Source of the DNA: an uncultured Desulfobacter sp.
Lineage (GTDB): Bacteria > Desulfobacterota > Desulfobacteria > Desulfobacterales > Desulfobacteraceae
Direction of reading: 5' to 3'
Assembly (NCBI GenBank): GCA_963665095.1
Contig: OY762069.1
Location: 2,368,001 to 2,432,000, forward strand
DNA: 64,000 nucleotides
A program made the translations under genes and the position numbers. Below are positions 29,672 to 38,665 of this stretch, piece after piece (the first letter of the stretch is position 1; each line of letters opens with the position of its first letter). The notes beneath the pieces are model-generated. The model ran no database searches and was not told the origin of the DNA. It saw nothing but the letters and a program-made list of their open reading frames with translations.

Positions 29672-31525
29672 ATGCACATGCATAAACTGCTGAAAGACTG
29701 CCCCGGAGAAAAGATCATGCTCCTGGGCAACGAAGCCATTGCAAGGGGCGCGGTTGAAGCCGGTGTCGCCTTTGCCACCACATACCCGGGGACCCCGTCT
29801 TCGGAAGTCTCTTTGAACCTGTTCCAGATGTCCAGGGAATCGGATCTCTACTTTGAATATTCCACCAATGAAAAGGTCTCCCTGGAAGTGGCGGCTGCTG
29901 CGGCCAATTCCGGGCTTCGCACCTTTTGCATGATGAAGCATGTGGGGCTGAACGTGGCAGCGGACCCCCTGATGACACTTGCCTATGTGGGGTGTACGGC
30001 AGGTATGGTGATTCTTACAGCCGACGACCCGGCCATGTTCTCCAGCCAGAACGAGCAGGACAACCGCTACTACGCCAAGTTCGGGCATCTTCCCATGCTC
30101 GAGCCATCTTCAGTGGCCGAGGCCAAGGAGATGATCAAACAGGCGTTTGATCTGTCTGAAACCTTGAAGCAGCCGGTGATCCTGCGCACCACCACCCGGA
30201 TTAACCACTCCAATGCCTTTGTCACCTTTGGCGAGATCCGGGAAAGGAAGAGCAAGGGCCGGTTTGAAAAGGATCCCATGCGTTGCGTCACCGTGCCGGC
30301 CGTATCCCGGGGGCTTCATGTCAAGCTTCTGGAACGTATGGGCAAAGCCGCGGTTATGTCCGAAACATCGGATTTCAACTTTGTAACAGGCAACGGCACT
30401 TTGGGTATTGTGACCAATGGTGTCAGTTTTCATTATGCCGAAGATGCCATAAAGGACCTTGGCATTGAATCAAAGGTCAAGATCCTTCGTCCCGGCTTTT
30501 CCAATCCCATGCCCAAGGATAAAATTAAAACGTTTTTGTCAGGCTGTGAAAAGGTGCTGGTGATTGAAGAGGGGGAACCGTTCATGGAAGAGGCTGTCAA
30601 AGCCTTTGCCCAGGAAGCAGGGATCATGATTCCCATCCAGGGAAAAACAGATGCGCTCTTTACTTCCTTAGGGGAGTTTCATCCTGCCCTGGTCCGGGAG
30701 AAGATCGCTTCCTTTTTCGGTATTGACTACACGCCGGACGATAAAATTGACACCACTGATATCCCGGAAATTGCCAATCGTCCCCCAAACCTTTGCTCCG
30801 GCTGTTCCCACAGGGCCACCTTCTATGCCATTAAAAAGGCGGCTGAAGGTCAGGATGTGATTCATCCCAACGATATCGGCTGTTATACCTTAGGGTTTAT
30901 GCCGCCGTTGTCCATCGGGGATTTTGTGGTCTGCATGGGCTCTTCCGTGAGTACCTCCTGCGGCTTCAGTCAGGCCACGGACCAGAAGGTGGTCAGCGTG
31001 GTCGGCGACTCCACCTTTTTTCATTCCGGCATCACAGGGCTTGTCAATGCCGTATTCAACCGCCACAACTTCACCCTGGTGATCCTGGAAAACGGCATCA
31101 CGGCCATGACCGGCCACCAGCCCCATCCGGGTGTGGATATGGAGGTGATGGGCATGTCCGGTTACGGCCGGGTGGATATTGAAAGTCTGGTCAAATCCCT
31201 TGGGGTCGAGCATGTTTCCGTGATCAAGCCCTTTAAGGTGAAAAAAAGCATTGAGACCCTGAAAGAGGCCATGGCCTTTGAGGGCGTCTCTGTGGTCATC
31301 TCCAAGGAGCCCTGTATCCTGTGGGCCAAGAGTCTCAAGCTCAAGAAGCCCAGACCCTTTGAAGTGACGGACAAATGTACGGATCACAAGGAGTGCATTA
31401 ATGGCATTGCCTGCCCCTCCTTCTACATTGAGGCGGGCCGGGTGAAGATTGATGCCGATACCTGTGTTGGCTGTGCGCTTTGCGCCCAGATCTGTCCTGA
31501 AAACGCCATCCGCCCCATGAAATAG
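29672..31525 (+). CDS. iorA: Indolepyruvate:ferredoxin oxidoreductase alpha subunit
   Basis: LLGNEAIARG, YPGTPSSE, MKHVGLNVAAD, SSQNEQD, CSGCSH, GDSTFFHSG and a C-terminal ferredoxin motif. Confidence 0.95.
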   Translation: MHMHKLLKDCPGEKIMLLGNEAIARGAVEAGVAFATTYPGTPSSEVSLNLFQMSRESDLYFEYSTNEKVSLEVAAAAANSGLRTFCMMKHVGLNVAADPLMTLAYVGCTAGMVILTADDPAMFSSQNEQDNRYYAKFGHLPMLEPSSVAEAKEMIKQAFDLSETLKQPVILRTTTRINHSNAFVTFGEIRERKSKGRFEKDPMRCVTVPAVSRGLHVKLLERMGKAAVMSETSDFNFVTGNGTLGIVTNGVSFHYAEDAIKDLGIESKVKILRPGFSNPMPKDKIKTFLSGCEKVLVIEEGEPFMEEAVKAFAQEAGIMIPIQGKTDALFTSLGEFHPALVREKIASFFGIDYTPDDKIDTTDIPEIANRPPNLCSGCSHRATFYAIKKAAEGQDVIHPNDIGCYTLGFMPPLSIGDFVVCMGSSVSTSCGFSQATDQKVVSVVGDSTFFHSGITGLVNAVFNRHNFTLVILENGITAMTGHQPHPGVDMEVMGMSGYGRVDIESLVKSLGVEHVSVIKPFKVKKSIETLKEAMAFEGVSVVISKEPCILWAKSLKLKKPRPFEVTDKCTDHKECINGIACPSFYIEAGRVKIDADTCVGCALCAQICPENAIRPMK

Positions 31526-31543
31526 CAAGGAGAAAAGGTCGAT

Positions 31544-32143
31544 ATGAAAACATTAAGAATGATTATAGTGGCAGTTGGCGGACAGGGCAATCTTCTGGCT
31601 TCCAAGGTGCTGGGTGAAGCCGCCCTCATCGAGGGGGTGGAGGTAAGGATGAGCGAGATACACGGCATGGCCCAGCGCGGCGGCGTGGTGGAGTCCTCCA
31701 TTATTTTCGGAGATGCCTCATCTTCCATCATTTCCGACGGAGAAGCCGACATTCTGCTGGGGTTTGAACCGGCTGAAACCCTTCGTGCCATTGGCCGCTG
31801 CTCTGCCAGAACAAAAGTCATCACCAACACCGACACCCTGCCGCCCTTTACCGTGGGCATTGGCAAAGGGGCGTACCCTGAGGTGGATGAGATTAAACGG
31901 GTACTCAAGGAGAAAACCGCAGGGCTGGTGGCCATTGACGCCATGGCCCTGGCCCGGGAAGCAGGGTCTCCCATGAGTGTTAATATGGTGCTGCTCGGTG
32001 CACTCATTCAAACAGGGGTGCTGGGGTTCTCAGCGGAGAACGTCAAAGAAGCCATGAAACGCAGGATCAAACCCGCATTGCTGGAGATGAACCTTAAGGC
32101 CTTTGATTTAGGATTTGACGCAGCCCAAAATGGTATGGAATAG
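31544..32143 (+). CDS. iorB: Indolepyruvate:ferredoxin oxidoreductase beta subunit
   Basis: VGGQGNLLAS and EIHGMAQRGG motifs; follows iorA. Confidence 0.93.
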   Translation: MKTLRMIIVAVGGQGNLLASKVLGEAALIEGVEVRMSEIHGMAQRGGVVESSIIFGDASSSIISDGEADILLGFEPAETLRAIGRCSARTKVITNTDTLPPFTVGIGKGAYPEVDEIKRVLKEKTAGLVAIDAMALAREAGSPMSVNMVLLGALIQTGVLGFSAENVKEAMKRRIKPALLEMNLKAFDLGFDAAQNGME

Positions 32144-32159
32144 CCCAAGTTATCTCTTC

Positions 32160-32190
32160 TACCCCGGATTAATAAAAATGATTCGGGGTA
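32160..32190. terminator. Hairpin after iorB (possible terminator or mRNA stabiliser)
   Basis: TACCCCGGATT...GATTCGGGGTA stem with G-U pairs; no clear U-tract. Confidence 0.4.
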
Positions 32191-32215
32191 GAACGCCCAA
32201 TCAGGAAGGAAAAAG

Positions 32216-32671
32216 ATGAAGACACAGACACAGATAACCTCCGGCATGGTTCATATCATTAACGGCCCGAACCTGAACATGCTGGGCAAGCGGGAGCCTG
32301 ATATTTACGGGACACTTACCCTGGATCAGATCAACCGGGATCTTGGGGCACGCGGGGCGGAACTTGGGCTTTCTCTAAATTTCTTCCAGTCCAACCACGA
32401 AGGGGCGATTTTAGATTACATCCATTCGGTATTTGATCAGGATCCGGCCGGAATCATCATTAACCCCGGGGGGCTGACCCACACGTCAGTGGTGCTTCGC
32501 GACGCCCTTTCCATGCTCTCATGCCCCATTGTGGAGGTGCATTTATCCAACATTCACAAGCGGGAATCGTTTCGCCGCACCTCCATGGTAGCCGGCATTG
32601 CCACAGGGCAGATCGCGGGTTTTGGTCACCTGGGATACCACATGGCCCTGGATTTTATTCACTCCCTTTGA
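32216..32671 (+). CDS. aroQ: Type II 3-dehydroquinate dehydratase
   Basis: NGPNLNMLGKREPDIYG, QSNHEG, INPGGLTHTS and EVHLSN motifs. Confidence 0.96.
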   Translation: MKTQTQITSGMVHIINGPNLNMLGKREPDIYGTLTLDQINRDLGARGAELGLSLNFFQSNHEGAILDYIHSVFDQDPAGIIINPGGLTHTSVVLRDALSMLSCPIVEVHLSNIHKRESFRRTSMVAGIATGQIAGFGHLGYHMALDFIHSL

Positions 32672-32687
32672 AACAGGCTGGCCAGAC

Positions 32688-33482
32688 ATGACCGGATTCA
32701 TGGATGTTCATACCCATCTTCATGATTCTCGCATCATTCACGATGTGCCAGACATTGTCCAGCGGGCCCAAAATGCAGGCGTAGAAAAAATCGTTACCTG
32801 CGCCACCATGGAGGAAAATTTCAAAGCCACCGCAGAGCTTTCACAAACCTTTTCCGGTGTGCTGCCCTGCTTTGGCATCCATCCCTGGTTCCTTGATACT
32901 CTGAGCCCTGACTGGGAACTGAATCTTAGCCAATGGCTTTTAAAAATGCCGTCCGGTATCGGCGAAACAGGGCTTGATTTCATGGACAAGGACGCGGACA
33001 GGGATCTCCAGCGCCAGGTATTTAAGGCCCATCTGGCCCTGGCCTGTGATCTGGAACGGCCCGTCAACATCCATGTCCGCAAAGCCTGGGACGCTGTTAT
33101 AAAGATGCTGACGCATTTCGGGCCGCTGCCAGCTGCCGGCGTGATTCACTCCTATTCAGGGTCTGCCGACCTTGTCCCCATCCTTGAAAAATTCAACCTT
33201 TACATCTCTTTTTCCGGTTCCGTAACCAGGCCCAATGCAAAGAAGGCGGCAAAAGCACTGGGAACGGTTTCCATGGATCGTATTGTCTTTGAAACAGATA
33301 CCCCGGATATTGTGCCCTGGTTTATCCTCAAAAACGCTTCCGGCACAACGCCGTTGAACCAGCCTGCCAACGTGCCCGGCATTGTCAGGGCCGCAGCCGG
33401 AATTTTAAAAAAGGATTTCCAGGATCTTGCCAGTTGCGGGTATGCAAACAGCTTGAATTTATTTGCCCCTGTGTTGCTCTAA
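32688..33482 (+). CDS. TatD family hydrolase
   Basis: DVHTH, GIHPW, IGETGLD, HSYSGS and ETDTP motifs. ATG at 32688. Confidence 0.92.
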   Translation: MTGFMDVHTHLHDSRIIHDVPDIVQRAQNAGVEKIVTCATMEENFKATAELSQTFSGVLPCFGIHPWFLDTLSPDWELNLSQWLLKMPSGIGETGLDFMDKDADRDLQRQVFKAHLALACDLERPVNIHVRKAWDAVIKMLTHFGPLPAAGVIHSYSGSADLVPILEKFNLYISFSGSVTRPNAKKAAKALGTVSMDRIVFETDTPDIVPWFILKNASGTTPLNQPANVPGIVRAAAGILKKDFQDLASCGYANSLNLFAPVLL

Positions 33483-33509
33483 CCCGGACCAGAAAAAGGT
33501 TGTTCTCCA

Positions 33510-33635
33510 TTACAACAGATTTTCGGAATCAAGCTTGAACATGCTGATGATCAAAAAAATTTTCTAATTGCCTCCCCTGAAAAGGTGCTATGCGACATTA
33601 TTGCAACCCAGCCGGACAATACTTTTGATAGTAAA
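33510..33635 (+). pseudogene. Internal fragment resembling a type IV TA antitoxin (AbiEi-like)
   Basis: Manual translation LQQIFGIKLEHADDQKNFLIASPEKVLCDIIATQ carries an IASPEKxLCD motif; no start or end context. Confidence 0.5.
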
Positions 33636-34320
33636 CCTCCTCTTCGATGCCGGGCCCGTTATCTTCGATATCAATGCAGATCATCTCGGCGATTCTGTCG
33701 ACCCGGACGGCAAGGGAAAACTTCGAAGCATCAATTTTTGCGCCCTGCATGGCCTGGGCCCCGTTATTCAAAATATTCAGGAACACCTGCTGGATCTTGG
33801 TCGGTTCACAAGGCACCTGGGGGAGATCTTTTTCATAATGTTTAATGATGGCTATGGACTTAATATCATAGTGTTTTTTTAAACTGAAATCTGTCCCGGC
33901 CAGTTCAACGGTCTTATCCAGAAGTTCTGTGATGGCGTGCCTTGATTTTTGTGCATCGTTTTTCCGTGAAAAACTTAACATGTTGTCAACGATTTCAGCG
34001 ATTCGACCGCCGGTCTCCTTGATGGCGGAGACCATTCGGGGAACCCCCCGACTCTCCATATAGCGTTGGACAAGGGCCAGGTCCAGGCAGAGTTCCTCAG
34101 CCGCTCTGACATTTGAAGGCAGGCTTATGTCCAGAAGCCGCCGCCCCAACAACTCCGCATTCTGAATCATCCCGGCAAGAGGGTTGTTGATCTCATGGGC
34201 CATGCCCGTGGCAAGGCCTCCCACGGACATCATCTTTTCGGATTGAACAATCAGTTCCCGGGTCCGCCTGGCCTCTGTAATGTCTCTTGTAATGCCTAAA
34301 ATATGTGCGGATTCAATGCC
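33598..34320 (-). pseudogene. Sensor histidine kinase remnant truncated at both ends
   Basis: PAC tail ILGITRDITE, H-box GMAHEINNPL, N-box QVFLNILNNG and G1 DNGPG present; F-box, G2-box and sensor N-terminus absent. Confidence 0.85.
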
Positions 34321-34839
34321 GGTTCCGTTAGTGTGAAGGCAATTAGAAATGCGTCCAATGCCCATTCACAGAGATTGGAATTCGATTTGCAGGCTCGGCC
34401 CCCTGTACGGGGAATCGATCTTTTTGCAGGTTTTGGTCTGATAGAGGCGGAAATTGACGACTGGACCTAAACGGAATACGACAGCACAACAGCAAGCACT
34501 TATCAATATGATTATTCGGGTAAAAGACTTCCCAATGTCCCGAACTATACGTACAATTTAGGCGTTCAGTATCGCCATGTATCAGGATTCTTTTGCAGAG
34601 CGGACTGGCTTGGCACAGGTTCTGTCTACAGTGATGCGAAAAATACAGCCAAAGAAGACGGTTATCAGATCTTCAACCTTCGCCTGGGATTTGAAAGTGA
34701 GAATTATGACATCTATTTATGGTGCAAGAACCTCTTTGATGAAGAATATCTACAGGTAAGATTTGCAAGTTCTGGGGATGATCAGGGTCTTGATGGTACT
34801 CCTAGAATGATAGGTGCTACATTTACATACCGCTTTTAG
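34321..34839 (+). pseudogene. C-terminal remnant of a TonB-dependent receptor
   Basis: Manual translation ...IRNASNAHSQRLEFDLQARP...AEIDDWT*TEY...LPNVPNYTYNLGVQYRH...LWCKNLFDEEY...PRMIGATFTYRF*, with in-frame TAA at 34468. Aligns with the C-terminus of the 43226-45331 product. Confidence 0.88.
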
Positions 34840-34966
34840 CAAACAACTTTTCGGGGACGCGATACGAAATGATTAATTTGGTAAGCGTTCCCGGATATAC
34901 CAAAATATTCCTTAAATCGAAACAAAAAATTATTGACATTTTCCTAAAATAAAGGAAAATAGTCGC

Positions 34967-36274
34967 ATGAAGCACCTATTAAAAACAATCATCAAGGATT
35001 TTCATTTCAGACCGTTGCCTTTGTTTAAGCTGCGGCATTTAAGTGTTCCCCTTGATCTGGGCAAAATTATTACAATCATCGGTCCGCGCAGGGCCGGCAA
35101 AACATGGTATTTATTTCAACTCATATCAAACCTGGAAAAGAGCGGCATAAAAAGAGAACATATCCTTTATCTTAATTTTGAAGACGAACGCCTTGATCTT
35201 GATGGTGGCTATGACCAAATCCTTGATGCCTATCTTGAGCTTTATCCTGATCAAAAATTAGATGACCTTTATATTTTCTTTGATGAAATTCAGGAAATTC
35301 CGGAATGGGAAAAATACATCCGTCGCGTTTATGATACGGTCAGCAAGAAAATTTTTCTGACAGGTTCAAATGCCAAAATGTTGTCAAAGGAAATTGCCAC
35401 CTCCCTGCGAGGACGAAGCATTTCTTTTGAAATCATGCCGCTGTCATTCCCGGAATACTTATCCTTTAAAGATATTGATTCCAAGGATATCTATTCCACA
35501 AAAAATCGGGCTAAAATCCGGAACAGCTTTAATGAATACCTTACCTGGGGAGGATACCCGGAGCTGGTTGACGTTGAAAACCGTTTCAAAGCAAACATTT
35601 TACAAGAATATTTTAATGTCATGCTCTACCGGGATTTGATGGATAGATATGAGATTCGGGATGCATCGGTTCTCAAATACCTGATTAAACGCCTCATCAG
35701 TTCATTTACCAAGGAATTTTCCGTCAACAAGCTTTATAATGACCTGAAATCCAGGGGAATTAAAATTGGTAAAGACTCAATTTACCGGATTATGGATCAA
35801 ATCTTTAGCGTCTACATGGTAACATATGTGGAAAAATATGATCCGGCAGTGATAAAAAGAGAAATGAGCAACAAAAAAATTTACCTCTATGACAACGGCA
35901 TTGCCTCGGGTATCCGATATACCTTTTCAGAAGATCGCGGCAAACTACTTGAAAACCTGGTTTTCACCAGCATTCGCAATACCACGGAATCGGTTTTCTT
36001 TTTAAAGAACAGTTATGAATGTGATTTTTTAGTTTACCCCGAAACTGAAACCCCGATTCTAATTCAAGTCACACAGGCCTTGAATCAAGATAATTTCAGT
36101 CGGGAAATCAAGGGGCTTCAGAAAGCAGGGGCGCGCATTAAAAACGGCAAAAGCCTGTTGATCACCGAAGAGACGGGAATACCTTCGGATATGTTGCCGG
36201 ATGGGGTGGAGACCATGACGGCATATGAGTGGCTTCTAAAACAAGAAACATTCTTGGGCCATGATTCAGTTTGA
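34967..36274 (+). CDS. AAA+ ATPase (AAA_14 + DUF4143)
   Basis: GPRRAGKT, FFDEIQ, LTGSNA, GGYPE, KIYLYDNG and ECDF motifs. Confidence 0.88.
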   Translation: MKHLLKTIIKDFHFRPLPLFKLRHLSVPLDLGKIITIIGPRRAGKTWYLFQLISNLEKSGIKREHILYLNFEDERLDLDGGYDQILDAYLELYPDQKLDDLYIFFDEIQEIPEWEKYIRRVYDTVSKKIFLTGSNAKMLSKEIATSLRGRSISFEIMPLSFPEYLSFKDIDSKDIYSTKNRAKIRNSFNEYLTWGGYPELVDVENRFKANILQEYFNVMLYRDLMDRYEIRDASVLKYLIKRLISSFTKEFSVNKLYNDLKSRGIKIGKDSIYRIMDQIFSVYMVTYVEKYDPAVIKREMSNKKIYLYDNGIASGIRYTFSEDRGKLLENLVFTSIRNTTESVFFLKNSYECDFLVYPETETPILIQVTQALNQDNFSREIKGLQKAGARIKNGKSLLITEETGIPSDMLPDGVETMTAYEWLLKQETFLGHDSV

Positions 36275-36318
36275 TTTTCAGGGACGTCTATAAGAAAGTC
36301 TGTAACACATTGTTAAGC

Positions 36319-37125
36319 TCACTGAAAAGCCAGATAAATTATCCTGCAGGAGAGCTTAGGACGGACAAAGGGAAATCTTGCCACCACGCCGAAAAGCCCC
36401 CAGCGTTTTTTGCAGTAATCGGTGTAGTCCCAGACATCGAGAAGCCGGATGCCGGGGTGCCAGGTTTCAAGGGCCCAGGGGTCTTTCAGGCCCCATTTGA
36501 ACTCGGCGCTGGAATCTATTTTCTTCAATGTTTCATGGCGCTTGCTTTTGCCGACCATTACAGGGGCCAGGGCTTCAAACAATAACCGTCCCCTGGGAAA
36601 TGCCGCAGCCAGATCCTTGATAAAATTTCGGACCAAGGGTTCTTCAAAATACATTAACAGCCCTTCTGCCAGAAAGATGACCGGGCGGCCACCCACGCTT
36701 ACATCCTTTATCCATGACAGATCAAAAATGGATTTTTCGATAAAGTGGTAGGATGGGGATTCTTTAAAAAACTGCCGCCTCAGTGCAATGGACTGGGGCA
36801 GATCAATTTCATACCAGTCATGATCCCGGCATTTCAGGCGGCTGTGCCGGGTGTCCAGGCCTGCGCCCAGGTTCACCACCACCGCATCCGGGTGGGTGTT
36901 CAGATACGTTGACAAGGCGTTATCCAGAATTTGAGTCCGGACCGCCACACCCAGCTGGGTCAGTTTGCTTCCCTTTTTAAACCGGGAAAAATCATAGTCA
37001 ATCCGGCTGACCATTTCCACAGCTTTTTCATCCCGGATCAAAGGGCTGGAAAAGCTTGTCTCGGCCGCTCGGGCCCACAGTGCCACCAGCAATGTCTCGG
37101 GAATACCTGAAAGTGCATGTTCCAT
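36319..37125 (-). CDS. Class I SAM-dependent O-methyltransferase (LCM/TcmP-like)
   Basis: ETLLVALWARA, NLGAGLDTR, EIDLP and AEGLLMYF motifs; GGAG RBS before ATG at 37125. Confidence 0.88.
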   Translation of the reverse strand: MEHALSGIPETLLVALWARAAETSFSSPLIRDEKAVEMVSRIDYDFSRFKKGSKLTQLGVAVRTQILDNALSTYLNTHPDAVVVNLGAGLDTRHSRLKCRDHDWYEIDLPQSIALRRQFFKESPSYHFIEKSIFDLSWIKDVSVGGRPVIFLAEGLLMYFEEPLVRNFIKDLAAAFPRGRLLFEALAPVMVGKSKRHETLKKIDSSAEFKWGLKDPWALETWHPGIRLLDVWDYTDYCKKRWGLFGVVARFPFVRPKLSCRIIYLAFQ

Positions 37126-37240
37126 AAAACACTCCAAAAATTCTCCCTTTTGCCCCGCCAACCTTATCAGGCCGGGCAAAAGGGCAAAAAAAACAGTATC
37201 GATTCTAAAGGTTATCTTTTTCTAATAAGTATCTAATAAA

Positions 37241-37413
37241 TATATAGTGCCTGAACGAAAACCCCATGTTTGGACTCGACCTCGGTGTTTGGACGAAAAG
37301 TTGCCCAGATGCAAGGCGCAAGCAAAGCTGCAACCGGAGCGTACTTCAGTACGTGAGGATTGCAGCTTTGTGCAGCAACGCAGCAGGTGGGTGACTTTTC
37401 GTTCAAACACTAT
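37241..37413. mobile_element. Non-coding nested-palindrome MITE/REP-like element
   Basis: Terminal IR GTGTTTGGACGAAAAGTTGCCCA / TGGGTGACTTTTCGTTCAAACAC; inner stem CAAAGCTGCAA/TTGCAGCTTTG; core CGTAC-TTCA-GTACG; an extra related end at 37241. Confidence 0.7.
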
Positions 37414-38310
37414 CTAGGGTTTGGCCGTAAATGAAACGCTGGCCCCGTAGTAGATAGACTGGCACTTGCCGGCCAGGTCTTTGAGCTCATTATCCTTTGT
37501 AACCACTTTCTTCACCATGACCATGGTCAGCCAGGCGCCCGGGGTGGGCACCCTTATCTGGGCCTTGCCGTTCATGATGTATGCGGTGAGCATGTATCCG
37601 TCCGGGCCGCCAAAGGTGTTGGAGGTCATGTGCAGGTAGTTCATGCCCTGCATATCGCAGGTCAGTGGTTTACCTTTCAGCGTCACTGTAAATTTAACAA
37701 GATCTCCGGCTTTGACATTGCTCATGTCGGTTTCGGGCATGATCTCAAGGTCGTGTCCCAAAGGTGTGGGTTCGGTCCACTTTTCAATGCCGAAATAGGA
37801 TTTGCCCGTGGCCTTGTACCGGGTGGAGAAGTCGATAGATCTTACCCCTTTTATCTCATCCATGGGCTTGGTGGTCATCTTGTGTTTGCCTTTTGCATCC
37901 ACATAGCCCGTGAAATAGGTGGCTTTGGATTCGGCAGCCACCTGGTAGGTGCCGGGTGTGGTCTTATCTGTCAGGGAAATTTTGCGCAAGCCCAAGTCTC
38001 CTTGCACAATGGCCATTCCGGTTTTGGATTGGCTTGCCTCTTCCTGCTTAATTACGGGCAAAGGGATGGGCGTGATGGAGTTGTCCGGCCCCACCAGGCT
38101 GTATGTTTCAATCTCAATGGCACCTGCCTCGGAGACCAGGAAATCGTCTAACGGCATGGCATGTCCCCAGCCAAGGCTCGTGATGACATGTCCCGGGGGA
38201 TGGGCAAAGGATTCATTGATATTGACCCACAGGGAGTGGGCATGGACCGTACCTGCGCAAAAGGCTGTCAGGCTAAGGGTTAAAACAAGGGTTTTCAGTT
38301 TGCAGAGCAT
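37414..38310 (-). CDS. DUF4198-like periplasmic protein
   Basis: Signal ...GTVHA then mature HSLWVN; LGWGH; LGHDLEIMP. GGAGAG RBS before ATG at 38310. Confidence 0.78.
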   Translation of the reverse strand: MLCKLKTLVLTLSLTAFCAGTVHAHSLWVNINESFAHPPGHVITSLGWGHAMPLDDFLVSEAGAIEIETYSLVGPDNSITPIPLPVIKQEEASQSKTGMAIVQGDLGLRKISLTDKTTPGTYQVAAESKATYFTGYVDAKGKHKMTTKPMDEIKGVRSIDFSTRYKATGKSYFGIEKWTEPTPLGHDLEIMPETDMSNVKAGDLVKFTVTLKGKPLTCDMQGMNYLHMTSNTFGGPDGYMLTAYIMNGKAQIRVPTPGAWLTMVMVKKVVTKDNELKDLAGKCQSIYYGASVSFTAKP

Positions 38311-38335
38311 GATATCTCTCCTTTGTGTTTGGTGG

Positions 38336-38665
38336 TTATTTCTTTTCCGGCGCCTTTGGGCCGTCCTGTTTGACAGTGTGACCCGGGCCGCCGTCCAGGA
38401 ATACGGTATACGGCTGGTCCGGGATGGTGAATTCAGCTTCACCGTTCTCATCCAGTTTCAGTTTTAAAATCTGCTTTTCATTTTCATCCAGCAGGTACAG
38501 GGGCAGATTCGCGGCTGTGGCACCGGTGGAAAACATGCCTTCCACGGATACGGTACCGTCCCCGTTCTCTGTCAGATTCATGAAAAGGGTGTGGCAAAAC
38601 GCTGTGCCCGTGACAAAAAACAGGGCCATGAGCGCTGCAAGAAAAAGCAATACGGTTTTCTTCAT
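38336..38665 (-). CDS. Small exported protein with mature N-terminal His (putative metal-uptake accessory)
   Basis: Signal ...TAFC then HTLFMN; EGMFSTG; DGGPGH. Confidence 0.7.
   Translation of the reverse strand: MKKTVLLFLAALMALFFVTGTAFCHTLFMNLTENGDGTVSVEGMFSTGATAANLPLYLLDENEKQILKLKLDENGEAEFTIPDQPYTVFLDGGPGHTVKQDGPKAPEKK

Noticed and set aside
34468..34470. In-frame stop as possible recoding
   Set aside because: It is TAA in a 5'-truncated remnant, so not Sec or Pyl. No convincing in-frame TGA/TAG read-through was seen elsewhere.
37222..37410. 62-aa ORF
   Set aside because: Lies within the palindromic repeat element and is probably spurious.
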